From: Waterburya sp.
Lineage (GTDB): Bacteria > Cyanobacteriota > Cyanobacteriia > Cyanobacteriales > Xenococcaceae
DNA length: 64,000 nt
Assembly: GCA_965217895.1 (NCBI GenBank)
Contig: CBDCJV010000002.1
Span: 864,001-928,000 of the forward strand
Direction: 5' to 3'
The notes beneath the pieces are model-generated. The model saw only the letters and a list, made by a program, of their open reading frames with translations. It was not told where the DNA came from and ran no database searches. Position 1 is the stretch's first letter. Every line of letters starts with the position of its first letter. The translations under genes were made by a program, and so were the position numbers. Below, piece by piece: positions 10,099 through 19,481 of this stretch.

Positions 10099-11694
10099 TT
10101 ACGCTTTACTTAACCTGAGAATCTCATTCACCTTTTCAGGATAGACTGACCTCAGTTGCTTTTCCTGTGCTTGAAATTCGGCTAGCTGTGCTTCAATTTC
10201 ATCTTTGACAATTTGACGATATTCGAGGAAATGCTCATTATGGGCGCACATGGTTAGGTAATGTTCCCAAACTCTAGGATTATGGCGGAAAATACCAAAT
10301 AAATGATGCCAAAACTTCCAGCGAGTATTTCGTTTAACGCCCTGTCGCCAAATAACAATACCTAAAGCGCGAATGTCCACCCAATTGGGCATAGTAAAGG
10401 ATGTTTCGTGTTGAGGTGAGCCTAGCTTGAGGAAACAGCGATATACACGGTCTAGGTATGTTTTTGGTTCGTAAAGCGTCCAAAATGCCAGAATGTACTC
10501 TTGGGCAATTTCTTCAATGGGGCGAGTCGGCATAAAGTTCATCAAGGTAGTTTGGTTGATGTCTTGCTGCTTACTATCTCGCAAACGATTTTCTTGTTCC
10601 AAACGCGCCCATAAAGCAGTTAAGGGCAAAGCCTGCAACATCCCAAACATAGCCGTGGGAATAGCTGCTTCCTCTACAAAATTAATAATTCTTTGACCTG
10701 CACCTGTTTTCTCGCCATCAAAACCGATAATAAATCCCGCCATCGGACGAAGCCCCGCCCTAATCATGGTATCGACAGTTTCTGCTAAAGAAGTACGGGT
10801 ATTTTGGAATTTTTTGGTTAGCTGCAAGCTTGTTTCATCAGGAGTTTCAATTCCTAAAAAGACAGCATTAAAATTACACTGCACCATCAATTCCATCAGT
10901 TCAGCGTCAGCAGCTAAATCTACCGAAGCCTCGGTATTAAAATCAAAAGGATATTGATGTTTCTCTTGCCAGACTTTCAATTCTTTGAGAAACAGCTTAA
11001 CATTACGTTTATTGCCAATAAAGTTATCGTCTACCATAAATACTGAACGTCGCCAGCCTAATTCATAGAGGTGATCTAATTCTCGTAACAGCTGTGCTGG
11101 TTCTTTGGTACGGGGTTTGCGACCATAGAGAACAATAATATCGCAGAACTCGCACTGAAACGGGCAACCACGGGAAAACTGTACCGACATAGAGTCATAA
11201 GCATCAAGCTCTAGCAAATCGTAGCGAGGGACAGGAGTGGTAGTCACATCAGGCTTTTCAGCAGCGCGGAAGACACCGCTGATTTCACCTTTGGCTATAG
11301 CTTCGACAAACATCGGCAAAGTTAACTCTCCCTCATCTAAAATGAGAAAATCTGCTCCTGCTGCCTTTGATTCATCAGGTAAAGAAGTTGAATAGGGACC
11401 ACCTACAGCTACTAATTTCCCCCGTCTTTTTGCCTCTTGAATTTGCTTTAGCAGGTCTTGCTTTTGGACAATCATGGCGGAGAAAATTACTAATTCTGCC
11501 CAATCCCATTCTGCTTCGGTAACTTCTCTGATGTTACGGTCTACTAGCTTAAATTCCCATTCTTGGGGCAATATAGCAGCAACGGTAAGCATTCCTAAAG
11601 GCGGTAACAACACTTTGCGATTAACTAGTTCTAAAATTTTGTCATAAGACCAAAAAGTCTTAGGAAAAACAGGATAAATTAATAAAGTTCGCAT
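10099..11694 (-). CDS. B12-binding domain radical SAM protein (DUF4070 C-terminus)
   Basis: PPLGMLTVAA, RGCPFQCEFC (CxxxCxxC), VDDNFIGN. Confidence 0.92.
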   Translation of the reverse strand: MRTLLIYPVFPKTFWSYDKILELVNRKVLLPPLGMLTVAAILPQEWEFKLVDRNIREVTEAEWDWAELVIFSAMIVQKQDLLKQIQEAKRRGKLVAVGGPYSTSLPDESKAAGADFLILDEGELTLPMFVEAIAKGEISGVFRAAEKPDVTTTPVPRYDLLELDAYDSMSVQFSRGCPFQCEFCDIIVLYGRKPRTKEPAQLLRELDHLYELGWRRSVFMVDDNFIGNKRNVKLFLKELKVWQEKHQYPFDFNTEASVDLAADAELMELMVQCNFNAVFLGIETPDETSLQLTKKFQNTRTSLAETVDTMIRAGLRPMAGFIIGFDGEKTGAGQRIINFVEEAAIPTAMFGMLQALPLTALWARLEQENRLRDSKQQDINQTTLMNFMPTRPIEEIAQEYILAFWTLYEPKTYLDRVYRCFLKLGSPQHETSFTMPNWVDIRALGIVIWRQGVKRNTRWKFWHHLFGIFRHNPRVWEHYLTMCAHNEHFLEYRQIVKDEIEAQLAEFQAQEKQLRSVYPEKVNEILRLSKA

Positions 11695-12038
11695 TTTTGA
11701 TAAATTATCTTATATTAAGAAACGTAATCTATCTGAGGGTAACTTAATCTTGGTAAGTTTTAGAATTAAGATTTTAGCAAGTAGCAAGGATTTAACTAAT
11801 CAACAAAAAGTTTTAGAGTGGGCAAATATTAAAAATGACTGCTAAATGAGCGACGCGATCGCTAGAAAATAAGTCTGTCAAAGAGCTTACCGATTTTTTG
11901 ATATGTATTCCCGACAAAAAACCCGAACATATTTGTGGTGTTCGTTCAATGGATCGAAGAAAAGAATTAGAGATATGCTGAATTGTTAACTGATGAATGG
12001 CGAAGTAAGTAAGGCAAATAACCGCTTGTCCTGAAGCA

Positions 12039-13379
12039 ATGGCAAAATCTAAAACTAAAAATGTCTCCGCAAAACAATTAACGGCTGCTCAAAGGCAAGC
12101 TTTAACTCAATTAAAATTATTTGTTAAAAGTGACGAAAGATGCGACGCGATGCGACCCCGCATTTTTCGCCTGAGTGGATATGCAGGGACAGGTAAAAGC
12201 TTTCTGATCTGTCATTTTATCGAGTGGCTTCGAGCAAATAACTTAGAATTGGTAGCAGCAGCACCAACAAACAAAGCAGCTAAAAGCCTAATGCAGGTGG
12301 CAGTGTCGATGGGCCTTAATATCGAGGTAAAAACTATTGCCCAATTATTAGGTCAGCAGCCAGAGATTAATGAAGAAACTGGCTTAGAAGAGTTTACTTC
12401 GATGGGGGAAGCAGAATTTGACCATTATGAAGTGGTGATCATCGATGAATTTTCGATGATTAATCGCAGTAACTTTGAAGAAATAGTCAAGGCGATCGCT
12501 TTAACTATAGATACTAAAGTGGTGTTTGTAGGAGATGAATCACAATTACCGCCAGTAAAAGAAAACGAGCCTGTAGTTGCTGTTTCCAACCAGATTGACA
12601 GTACATTTACCCTCAACGAAATTGTCCGTTATGAGGGTGAAATAGCCGTAGTTGCCGAGCAGATCCGCAGTGATGCTCAATATAATCGCCTTATTTATCC
12701 TTTTCAAAGCAGCGAGGATCGAACAATTGTCTGTCAGCCAAGAAAGCAATGGTTAGAAACGGTAGTTGAATATTTTCAGTCTGATGGTTATAAAATTAAC
12801 CCTGATTACGCCAGATTGCTAGTTTGGCGCAATAAAACAGCAAAATCTGCCAATAAATTCGTGCGATCGCGCTTGTGGGGTCAAGATGCACCGCTTTATG
12901 TACCAGGAGATAGATTAATCGCCAAAAAACCTCTATTTCGCTCTCGTCCTGGGCAAAAAGGTAAAAATAAGTGGAGTGTGCTAATTAATAATTCTGAGGA
13001 ATGTTCTGTCATTGAATCTGCATCAATTAAGCAGCTTTCTTTTGACAGGGTAGCTTATCAATATTGGTCAGTACCAGTCATAACTGATGCTGGGTTTGAA
13101 GTGAATTTATCTATCTTAACCGAGGAAGGAGAACAGCTAAAAAATGAACAGGCTAAATATTACGTAGAAAAAAAGCAGTGGAACAAATATTTTGATCTAT
13201 CACGGATGTTTGATGATGTTACCTACGCCTATGCCTTGACCGTACATAAAGCTCAAGGCTCTAGTATTGATTATGTCTTTTTGGACACCGAAGACATGAA
13301 AAATTGTCCAGATTTACAGAAGATGCTTTATACTGCTTTGACTCGTGCCAAGGTAAGAGCCTTTATTCCCGTAGATTAA
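12039..13379 (+). CDS. SF1B (RecD/Dda-like) ATP-dependent DNA helicase
   Basis: GYAGTGKS, APTNKAA, IIDEFSM, GDESQLPPV, YALTVHKAQGS, YTALTRA. Confidence 0.9.
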   Translation: MAKSKTKNVSAKQLTAAQRQALTQLKLFVKSDERCDAMRPRIFRLSGYAGTGKSFLICHFIEWLRANNLELVAAAPTNKAAKSLMQVAVSMGLNIEVKTIAQLLGQQPEINEETGLEEFTSMGEAEFDHYEVVIIDEFSMINRSNFEEIVKAIALTIDTKVVFVGDESQLPPVKENEPVVAVSNQIDSTFTLNEIVRYEGEIAVVAEQIRSDAQYNRLIYPFQSSEDRTIVCQPRKQWLETVVEYFQSDGYKINPDYARLLVWRNKTAKSANKFVRSRLWGQDAPLYVPGDRLIAKKPLFRSRPGQKGKNKWSVLINNSEECSVIESASIKQLSFDRVAYQYWSVPVITDAGFEVNLSILTEEGEQLKNEQAKYYVEKKQWNKYFDLSRMFDDVTYAYALTVHKAQGSSIDYVFLDTEDMKNCPDLQKMLYTALTRAKVRAFIPVD

Positions 13380-13384
13380 TATAT

Positions 13385-13855
13385 TCATTGTTCAGATGAA
13401 GATGTAAACATAGCGAATAACTCTTCCCCTGTCATGTTCTTAGTTTCATTAGCGAAAGAGTAATACTCAGGTTTCTCTTCAATAAAAACCTGAAGATCGA
13501 AAACCAGATTTTCATCATTATCGAAAATTCCCACTGGTATGTAGTAATGATTATTGTCTTTTAATCTATAAAAGAGATGGCTACCACACTGGTTACAGAA
13601 TCCACGCTCTGCCCATTCTGAAGATTGATAAACTCCGATATTTTCTTCGCCAGAAAAACTAACGTCACTCTCACACTCAACTCCTAATAAAGCTCCTCCA
13701 CCCCATTTACGACACATACTACAATGACACGCTGCTACATGAGGATTCATGGTGGTTGTAGAAATCTCTACCGCCCTACATAGACAACTACCTTTTGCCG
13801 TACTCAATTTAGACATATTATTTTCTCGCTTGAATCTTGAATAGAGTGAGATCAT
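13385..13855 (-). CDS. GFA (CENP-V/glutathione-dependent formaldehyde-activating) family protein
   Basis: GSCLC, CHCSMCRK, RGFCNQCGS; the real start is probably the internal MSKL. Confidence 0.9.
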   Translation of the reverse strand: MISLYSRFKRENNMSKLSTAKGSCLCRAVEISTTTMNPHVAACHCSMCRKWGGGALLGVECESDVSFSGEENIGVYQSSEWAERGFCNQCGSHLFYRLKDNNHYYIPVGIFDNDENLVFDLQVFIEEKPEYYSFANETKNMTGEELFAMFTSSSEQ

Positions 13856-14000
13856 TTTTAGTATTTTATCTTTAATCGTCTATTATGAGGCTGTGCGATC
13901 GCTTTAATCTCTGCATGAGATCACAGAAATAAGTTTTAGCTTGAGTTAGCTTTGAACAACAAATATAAAGTTTGAATAAAGCAAATATCAAGGTTTAACC

Positions 14001-14174
14001 ATGAATAATTTAACTGTTCTACAATTTTGTCAGCTAGAAACTTTAAAAACCGATCTTGATTTCTTAATTAATTCTGAATGTGAATGTCAAGAAAGAATTG
14101 AAGGTAATTTGACAGTGCTTGAACTCAAAGATGCTGAAGGGAAAATAGTTCAAGAATTAATTTTAGTAGTTTAA
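14001..14174 (+). CDS. Small hypothetical protein (57 aa)
   Basis: Manual ORF MNNLTVLQFCQLETLKTDLDFL...KIVQELILVV*; fills an otherwise empty intergenic space. Confidence 0.4.
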   Translation: MNNLTVLQFCQLETLKTDLDFLINSECECQERIEGNLTVLELKDAEGKIVQELILVV

Positions 14175-14212
14175 ACTAAGGCTTTTTATCATCATCCTTT
14201 TCCCAAGATTGT

Positions 14213-14764
14213 TTATTTTAATCCTAGCTTCTTACGTAGTTCTGTTGCACCCATAAATAGCAATGGTGTAACAATGAAGCCTGTAATAATCAAGTGCAAA
14301 GGAAAGTGAAAATAAAAATACCAGAGAATCAAAACTCCATAGGTAGAATCCATATGATCGATAAAATAAAATATTCTACTGCTTTCATCTCCAGGAGGTA
14401 TTTCTAAGCGACGCTTGACAAAAGAATTAGGTAATTCTGATAAGTTAAAAACAAATCCTACTAATAAGCCAAACTCTAAAAGATTAAGATTAGAAAATAA
14501 GATTGCTGATTGGGGTAAATTAGGAGTGAAAATTTCAATGGTATTTAATAAATAAACGCTAGCTACCATTGCTATGGGTAAACTAATCAATCCTCGCCAC
14601 TTTTTGTTTGCCCCAAACCATTGTGTTTGAATAGGAATATTTAACATTTGAAATAAACTAGTTTGCCATAAAAAAGATTCAATAACGCCAGCAAAAAATA
14701 GGCTAAGAGCCAGCCAGAGTAAATTTAGAGTATCTAGAATAAAAATTTGCGTCCAGCCCATCAT
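14213..14764 (-). CDS. CDP-archaeol synthase (CarS)-like cytidylyltransferase family membrane protein
   Basis: FGANKKWRG, SELPNSFVKRRLEIPPG, FIDHMDS motifs; multi-TM. Confidence 0.75.
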   Translation of the reverse strand: MMGWTQIFILDTLNLLWLALSLFFAGVIESFLWQTSLFQMLNIPIQTQWFGANKKWRGLISLPIAMVASVYLLNTIEIFTPNLPQSAILFSNLNLLEFGLLVGFVFNLSELPNSFVKRRLEIPPGDESSRIFYFIDHMDSTYGVLILWYFYFHFPLHLIITGFIVTPLLFMGATELRKKLGLK

Positions 14765-14971
14765 ATATTTAAAGAAACAGCTTTTATTTTAATTTGATCG
14801 CCTATAATTGCTTGTTTTTAGCAAATAGAAAAATTGTCAATTACCCACTTTTAATTGTCAATGAATTCTTTACCAAACCTGATTTAATTCATATTCTTAA
14901 GTTAATCTCAATTTTATCTAAAGTGTTTATATTAAATGCGTTGGTTATTTTAAAGAACAGCCTTAACGCTA

Positions 14972-16255
14972 ATGAAAATTGCAATTATTACTTCAGGTTT
15001 CTTGCCAATTATTGACGGAGTAAGCATTAGTGGACTACAAAGATTAACAAGATTAAGTCAGTGGGGACACGAGGTTATCTTGTTTTGTCCAGACTATAGT
15101 AGCTTAGAAGCAGACTATCCTAATTGGCGGGACTACACAGGAAATATTTTACCTGGGGTCAAGGTTGTTAATTTAAACAGCAGTTCCTTTGTGGGTTTAG
15201 ACTATGAACCAAATGTGAGTAAAAAGTCATATCAAACTGTCTTAGAAGAATTAGAGCAGTTTCAACCAGATATAGTTCATGTTGACGAACCTGAAAGACT
15301 CTTTGTTGGTTTTTGGCGAGTTGCGGGGATAGATTATGCAAAACGTGTTGGTGTTCCTTGCGTGAGCTTTTTTCGTACCAATTTCTTAGATTATCTAGAG
15401 GATTATTTTCCTCTACCAAAGCCAATTTCCATTGCCGTCAAATTTTTACTGCAACAGCTAATTGTTTGGGTATATAACTCCTATGATCTCACATTAGTTA
15501 CAAGTAAGATTACCTATCCCAAAGTTATTGAACTAGGTATTAAAAATGCTCAGTATAGCAATTTAGTCGGTTTTGATAGCGATCGCTTTAGTCTTTATTC
15601 ACCTCAAGCAGATTTTTTTAAGTCTAACTATGGGCTAGAAATAGACAAACTAACAAAAGTTATCTTTCTGGGGCGTTTATATCCAGATAAGGACTGGGAT
15701 TTTACCTTAGATGCGTTTACAGCCGTTTCTCAGCAAATTGATTTAAACAAGGTGGCAATAATTGTGGCAGGGGACGGCCCAATGCGTCAAGAAATAACCG
15801 ATAAATTAAGTAAGCTGACTTCTAATTTACACTTACTCGGCAGAGTAGCACCTGAAGATATACCCGCTTTATTAATTAACTGCGATCTCCACGTAACCAC
15901 TTCTGAAAAAGAAACTAGAGGCTTAACGATTTTAGAAGCATTTGCAGCGGGGATTCCTGTAATTGCGCCCAACTCAGGGGGAGTAGTCGAAAATATCCAA
16001 GCTGGTAGTAATGGATTTCTTTACACTCCAGGCGATCGCCTGGACTTTACTAGTAAACTAAAAATTCTCATTGAAAATCCTAGTTTAAGAAAAGAAATGG
16101 GCGATCGCGCTCATGATTCAATTCAAGCATACAGTTGGGAGCAAGCGATTCAAAATTTAGTTAATGTTTGGCAAGAGGCGATCAATAAACAATTATCAAT
16201 GACCAATGAACAATTTACGCCTCAACTAGCAACTAGCCTAGCCGATAGCAAATAA
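14972..16255 (+). CDS. GT4 family glycosyltransferase
   Basis: FLPIIDGVS, GRLYPDK, GDGPMR, ETRGLTILEAFAAGIPV. Confidence 0.9.
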   Translation: MKIAIITSGFLPIIDGVSISGLQRLTRLSQWGHEVILFCPDYSSLEADYPNWRDYTGNILPGVKVVNLNSSSFVGLDYEPNVSKKSYQTVLEELEQFQPDIVHVDEPERLFVGFWRVAGIDYAKRVGVPCVSFFRTNFLDYLEDYFPLPKPISIAVKFLLQQLIVWVYNSYDLTLVTSKITYPKVIELGIKNAQYSNLVGFDSDRFSLYSPQADFFKSNYGLEIDKLTKVIFLGRLYPDKDWDFTLDAFTAVSQQIDLNKVAIIVAGDGPMRQEITDKLSKLTSNLHLLGRVAPEDIPALLINCDLHVTTSEKETRGLTILEAFAAGIPVIAPNSGGVVENIQAGSNGFLYTPGDRLDFTSKLKILIENPSLRKEMGDRAHDSIQAYSWEQAIQNLVNVWQEAINKQLSMTNEQFTPQLATSLADSK

Positions 16256-18049
16256 CTAATCACTAAAAAACTGCCCTGCTAAATCGGTAATATCAGTATC
16301 GGCTATTTCGGACTGTTGCCACTGCGCCACTGTATTTAAGCTGCCATCCAAAAACATACTCTGACAAGCGCGACGCTGTATTTTACCGCTAGAAGTTTTA
16401 GGAATGCTGCCCGTTTTTAGTAAAGATACGGCAAATACATTGGCTAGGTTTTGTTCGCCGACTGCCAGACGAATTGCGCCGATGACTTCTTCGGCGTTAA
16501 GATTTCGTAAGTCAGCACGATTTATTTCGTGGGCAATTACTAATTGTTCCTCCCCACCGACTTCTACGCTAAAGGCTGCACCATGATTGGCACGCAAGGC
16601 AGGATGACAAGTTTCGACAGTTTCTTCAATGTGTTGAGGGTAATGATTGCGTCCCCAAAGAATCATCATTTCTTTGATACGCCCTGTTATATATAGTTCC
16701 CCGTCTTTGATAAAGCCAAGATCTCCTGTGCGGAGGTAGGTTTTATCTGGTTTGTCAGCTAAAGTTGCTTGAAAAGTTGCTGCTGTTTGTTCTGGTTTTT
16801 GCCAATATCCTTTGCCAATTCCTACCCCTGCTACCCAAATTTCTCCTACCTGATTACTTTTACACTCAGTTTTTGATTCGGTATTGACAATAATAATTTC
16901 ATCCTCCAACCAAGTATGACCACAGCTAACCACAGCTTTTGAGTTGGGGTGATCTGGCGTTACGGTGACAACTTCGTCTTTAGTTAAAGCTGTTTTATCT
17001 AGATAAGTAACTTTAGGGGATTCTGCTGCATTACCCCCCGTGATAAATAAAGTAGCTTCAGCCATGCCATAACAGGGATAAAAGGCTTCTGGTTTAAAAC
17101 CGCAGGGTTTGTATAACTCGGCAAATTTGGCTAGAGTTTGCGCCCTTACAGGTTCAGCACCAGTGAAAGCTACCTGCCAATGGCTTAAATCTAAACTAGC
17201 TCGTTGTTCTTCCGTAACTTTCTGACACAATAGGTCATAGGCAAAATTTGGGCCACCACTAGTGGTTATCTGGTATTTAGACAACGCCTGTAGCCAAAGA
17301 AAAGGCTTTTGTGCCAGAGCAATAGGAGACATTAGCACCGCAGGTAATCCTGTATATAAAGGCTGCATCACGCCACCAATTAAACCCATGTCATGAAACA
17401 TCGGCAGCCACATCAAAATTTTAGTGCGATCGTGATGTCCGAAAGACTGATAAATAACCTCTGAATTGTGGAGTACATTCCCATGAGTGACCATTACACC
17501 CTTGGGATCTCCTGTTGAACCAGAAGTATATTGTAAAAAAGCTAAGGTATCGCCGTCGATATTTGGTTTTTGCCACTTAGACGCTAAATTTAAATCAACT
17601 TTGTCACTGGCAATCCAGGGTAAAGCTTTTAGCTTTAGTGCCATGCCAGGATGGGCAACTAACTGTCCTTTAACGCGATCGCCAAATTCTTGAGTGGTTA
17701 AAATAATTCCAGCTTGACAATTATCGATCCGATCTTGATACTGACTCAAAGATTTAATATGCTGTCGGGGATAGTCGGTAACGGCGATAACTCCAGCATA
17801 GAGACAACCCAAAAAACTAGCGATAAACTCTAAACCAGAAGTGTAGGGATAAACCAACAAAGCGCGATCGCCTGGTTTAACTTTATCAAGGAGTTGTACA
17901 GCGATCACTCTTGCTTGAAGATCTAATTCTTGGTAAGTACAGCTACCCGATTCTTTCTCTCCATCGGCTAAAAAGGTATAGGCAGTCTGCTTGGGTTGGC
18001 ATACCGATTTATCAAGCAAAACATCTACTATGGTGGAATAATTAACCAT
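16256..18049 (-). CDS. Fatty acyl-AMP ligase (FAAL)
   Basis: AFLQYTSGSTGDPKGVMVTHGN, WLPMFHDMGLIG, YGMAEATL, LRTGDLG, PKTSSGKIQR. Confidence 0.9.
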   Translation of the reverse strand: MVNYSTIVDVLLDKSVCQPKQTAYTFLADGEKESGSCTYQELDLQARVIAVQLLDKVKPGDRALLVYPYTSGLEFIASFLGCLYAGVIAVTDYPRQHIKSLSQYQDRIDNCQAGIILTTQEFGDRVKGQLVAHPGMALKLKALPWIASDKVDLNLASKWQKPNIDGDTLAFLQYTSGSTGDPKGVMVTHGNVLHNSEVIYQSFGHHDRTKILMWLPMFHDMGLIGGVMQPLYTGLPAVLMSPIALAQKPFLWLQALSKYQITTSGGPNFAYDLLCQKVTEEQRASLDLSHWQVAFTGAEPVRAQTLAKFAELYKPCGFKPEAFYPCYGMAEATLFITGGNAAESPKVTYLDKTALTKDEVVTVTPDHPNSKAVVSCGHTWLEDEIIIVNTESKTECKSNQVGEIWVAGVGIGKGYWQKPEQTAATFQATLADKPDKTYLRTGDLGFIKDGELYITGRIKEMMILWGRNHYPQHIEETVETCHPALRANHGAAFSVEVGGEEQLVIAHEINRADLRNLNAEEVIGAIRLAVGEQNLANVFAVSLLKTGSIPKTSSGKIQRRACQSMFLDGSLNTVAQWQQSEIADTDITDLAGQFFSD

Positions 18050-18119
18050 TCGTTTACTATTTTTTAAACAATGACTGTAAGATTTCCTATAATGTAGTCC
18101 AATAATGGAGGAAGGTTAA

Positions 18120-19217
18120 ATGGTGGGGAGCGTAAAAATTGCAATTGTCGGTGTAGGGAACTGTGCTAGTTCACTCATCCAAGGAATTGAATACTATCGA
18201 GACAAACAAGAGACAGATGCGATCGGCTTAATGCACTGGGAAATCGGCGGCTATAAGCCTTACGATCTTCAGGTAGTTGCTGCTTTTGATATTGACCAAC
18301 GTAAGGTAGGAAAGGATGTTGCTGAGGCAATTTTTGCTCCTCCTAACTGTACAACGGTTTTTTGTGAAAACGTCCCCAAAACGGGGGTTACAGTGGAAAT
18401 GGGAGCAGTGTTAGACGGTGTGGCAGATCATATGAAAGATGCTGATGAAAAATACACTTTTGTGATCGGCGATCGCCCAGAACAGTCAAAAGCAGATGTT
18501 GTCAACAGTCTTAAGACATCTGGTGCAGAGGTTTTAGTTAACTATCTTCCCGTTGGTTCACAAGAAGCTGTAGAGTTCTATGCTGAATGTGCCTTGGATG
18601 CAGGAGTAGGCTTTGTTAACTGCATTCCTGTCTTTATTGCCAGCAAGCCATTATGGGCAGATAAATTTAAACATCACAATATTCCGATCATTGGCGATGA
18701 TATTAAATCTCAGTTTGGAGCAACTATTAGCCATCGTACTCTAGTCGATCTTTGTAAAAAGCGCGGAGTTAAGGTTGAGCGTACCTATCAGCTAAATACT
18801 GGCGGTAACACTGACTTTCGCAATATGCTCGATCGCTCTCGCTTAGATTCTAAAAAAGAGTCAAAAACTGAAGCAGTACAGGGAGTAATTGCCAAACGCC
18901 TAGAAGACGAAAATATTCATGTTGGCCCTAGTGACTATGTACCCTGGCAAAAAGATAACAAAGTGGCATTTATCCGCATTGAAGGTAAATTGTTTGGCGA
19001 TGTGCCAATGAACCTGGAGATGAGACTTTCTGTTGAGGATTCTCCCAATTCGGCAGGGGTAGTGATTGATGCTATTCGCTGCTGTAAATTGGGCTTAGAT
19101 CGAGGCGTTGGTGGCGTTTTAACTGCTCCTTCTGCTTATTTCATGAAGCATCCTCCTCAACAGTTTACCGATGACGAAGCTTATCAAATGACAGAAGCGT
19201 ATATCAATGAACAATGA
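18120..19217 (+). CDS. ino1: myo-Inositol-1-phosphate synthase
   Basis: IVGVGNCASSL, YLPVGS, GDDIKSQFGAT, QLNTGGNTDF, DSPNSAG. Confidence 0.92.
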   Translation: MVGSVKIAIVGVGNCASSLIQGIEYYRDKQETDAIGLMHWEIGGYKPYDLQVVAAFDIDQRKVGKDVAEAIFAPPNCTTVFCENVPKTGVTVEMGAVLDGVADHMKDADEKYTFVIGDRPEQSKADVVNSLKTSGAEVLVNYLPVGSQEAVEFYAECALDAGVGFVNCIPVFIASKPLWADKFKHHNIPIIGDDIKSQFGATISHRTLVDLCKKRGVKVERTYQLNTGGNTDFRNMLDRSRLDSKKESKTEAVQGVIAKRLEDENIHVGPSDYVPWQKDNKVAFIRIEGKLFGDVPMNLEMRLSVEDSPNSAGVVIDAIRCCKLGLDRGVGGVLTAPSAYFMKHPPQQFTDDEAYQMTEAYINEQ

Positions 19218-19361
19218 ACAAACTCGCGCGTACATGCGGCTTAAGCCTTTGTCTTGCGCCTGTCGGCGACGCGGGGGCGCTCGTCAATTATCAACAAATA
19301 ATTGCTGATCGAGAAAAGTAATAGAATTAGTGATTTTGATCAGTTGCTAACCAATATTAAG

Positions 19362-19400
19362 AAGCTAGAATTCGCTTAAATAGTGAGTCTAGCTTTTTTT
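19362..19400 (+). terminator. Putative intrinsic terminator after ino1
   Basis: AAGCTAGA...TCTAGCTT stem followed by a T tract. Confidence 0.55.
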
Positions 19401-19481
19401 CTTGAACCTAAATCTTTATCAACTAAAAGCTAAAAGCTAATACTGAAAATAAATCCTGTCTCAAAACCCAAAATTATAAAA

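Noticed and set aside
12039..13855. Helicase plus GFA as an anti-phage system
   Set aside because: Convergent genes with no nuclease or other defence partner; no support from sequence
14794..15015. 73-aa ORF and other 60-110 aa ORFs overlapping long genes
   Set aside because: Lie in promoter DNA or in antisense/alternate frames of well-supported genes, with no motifs
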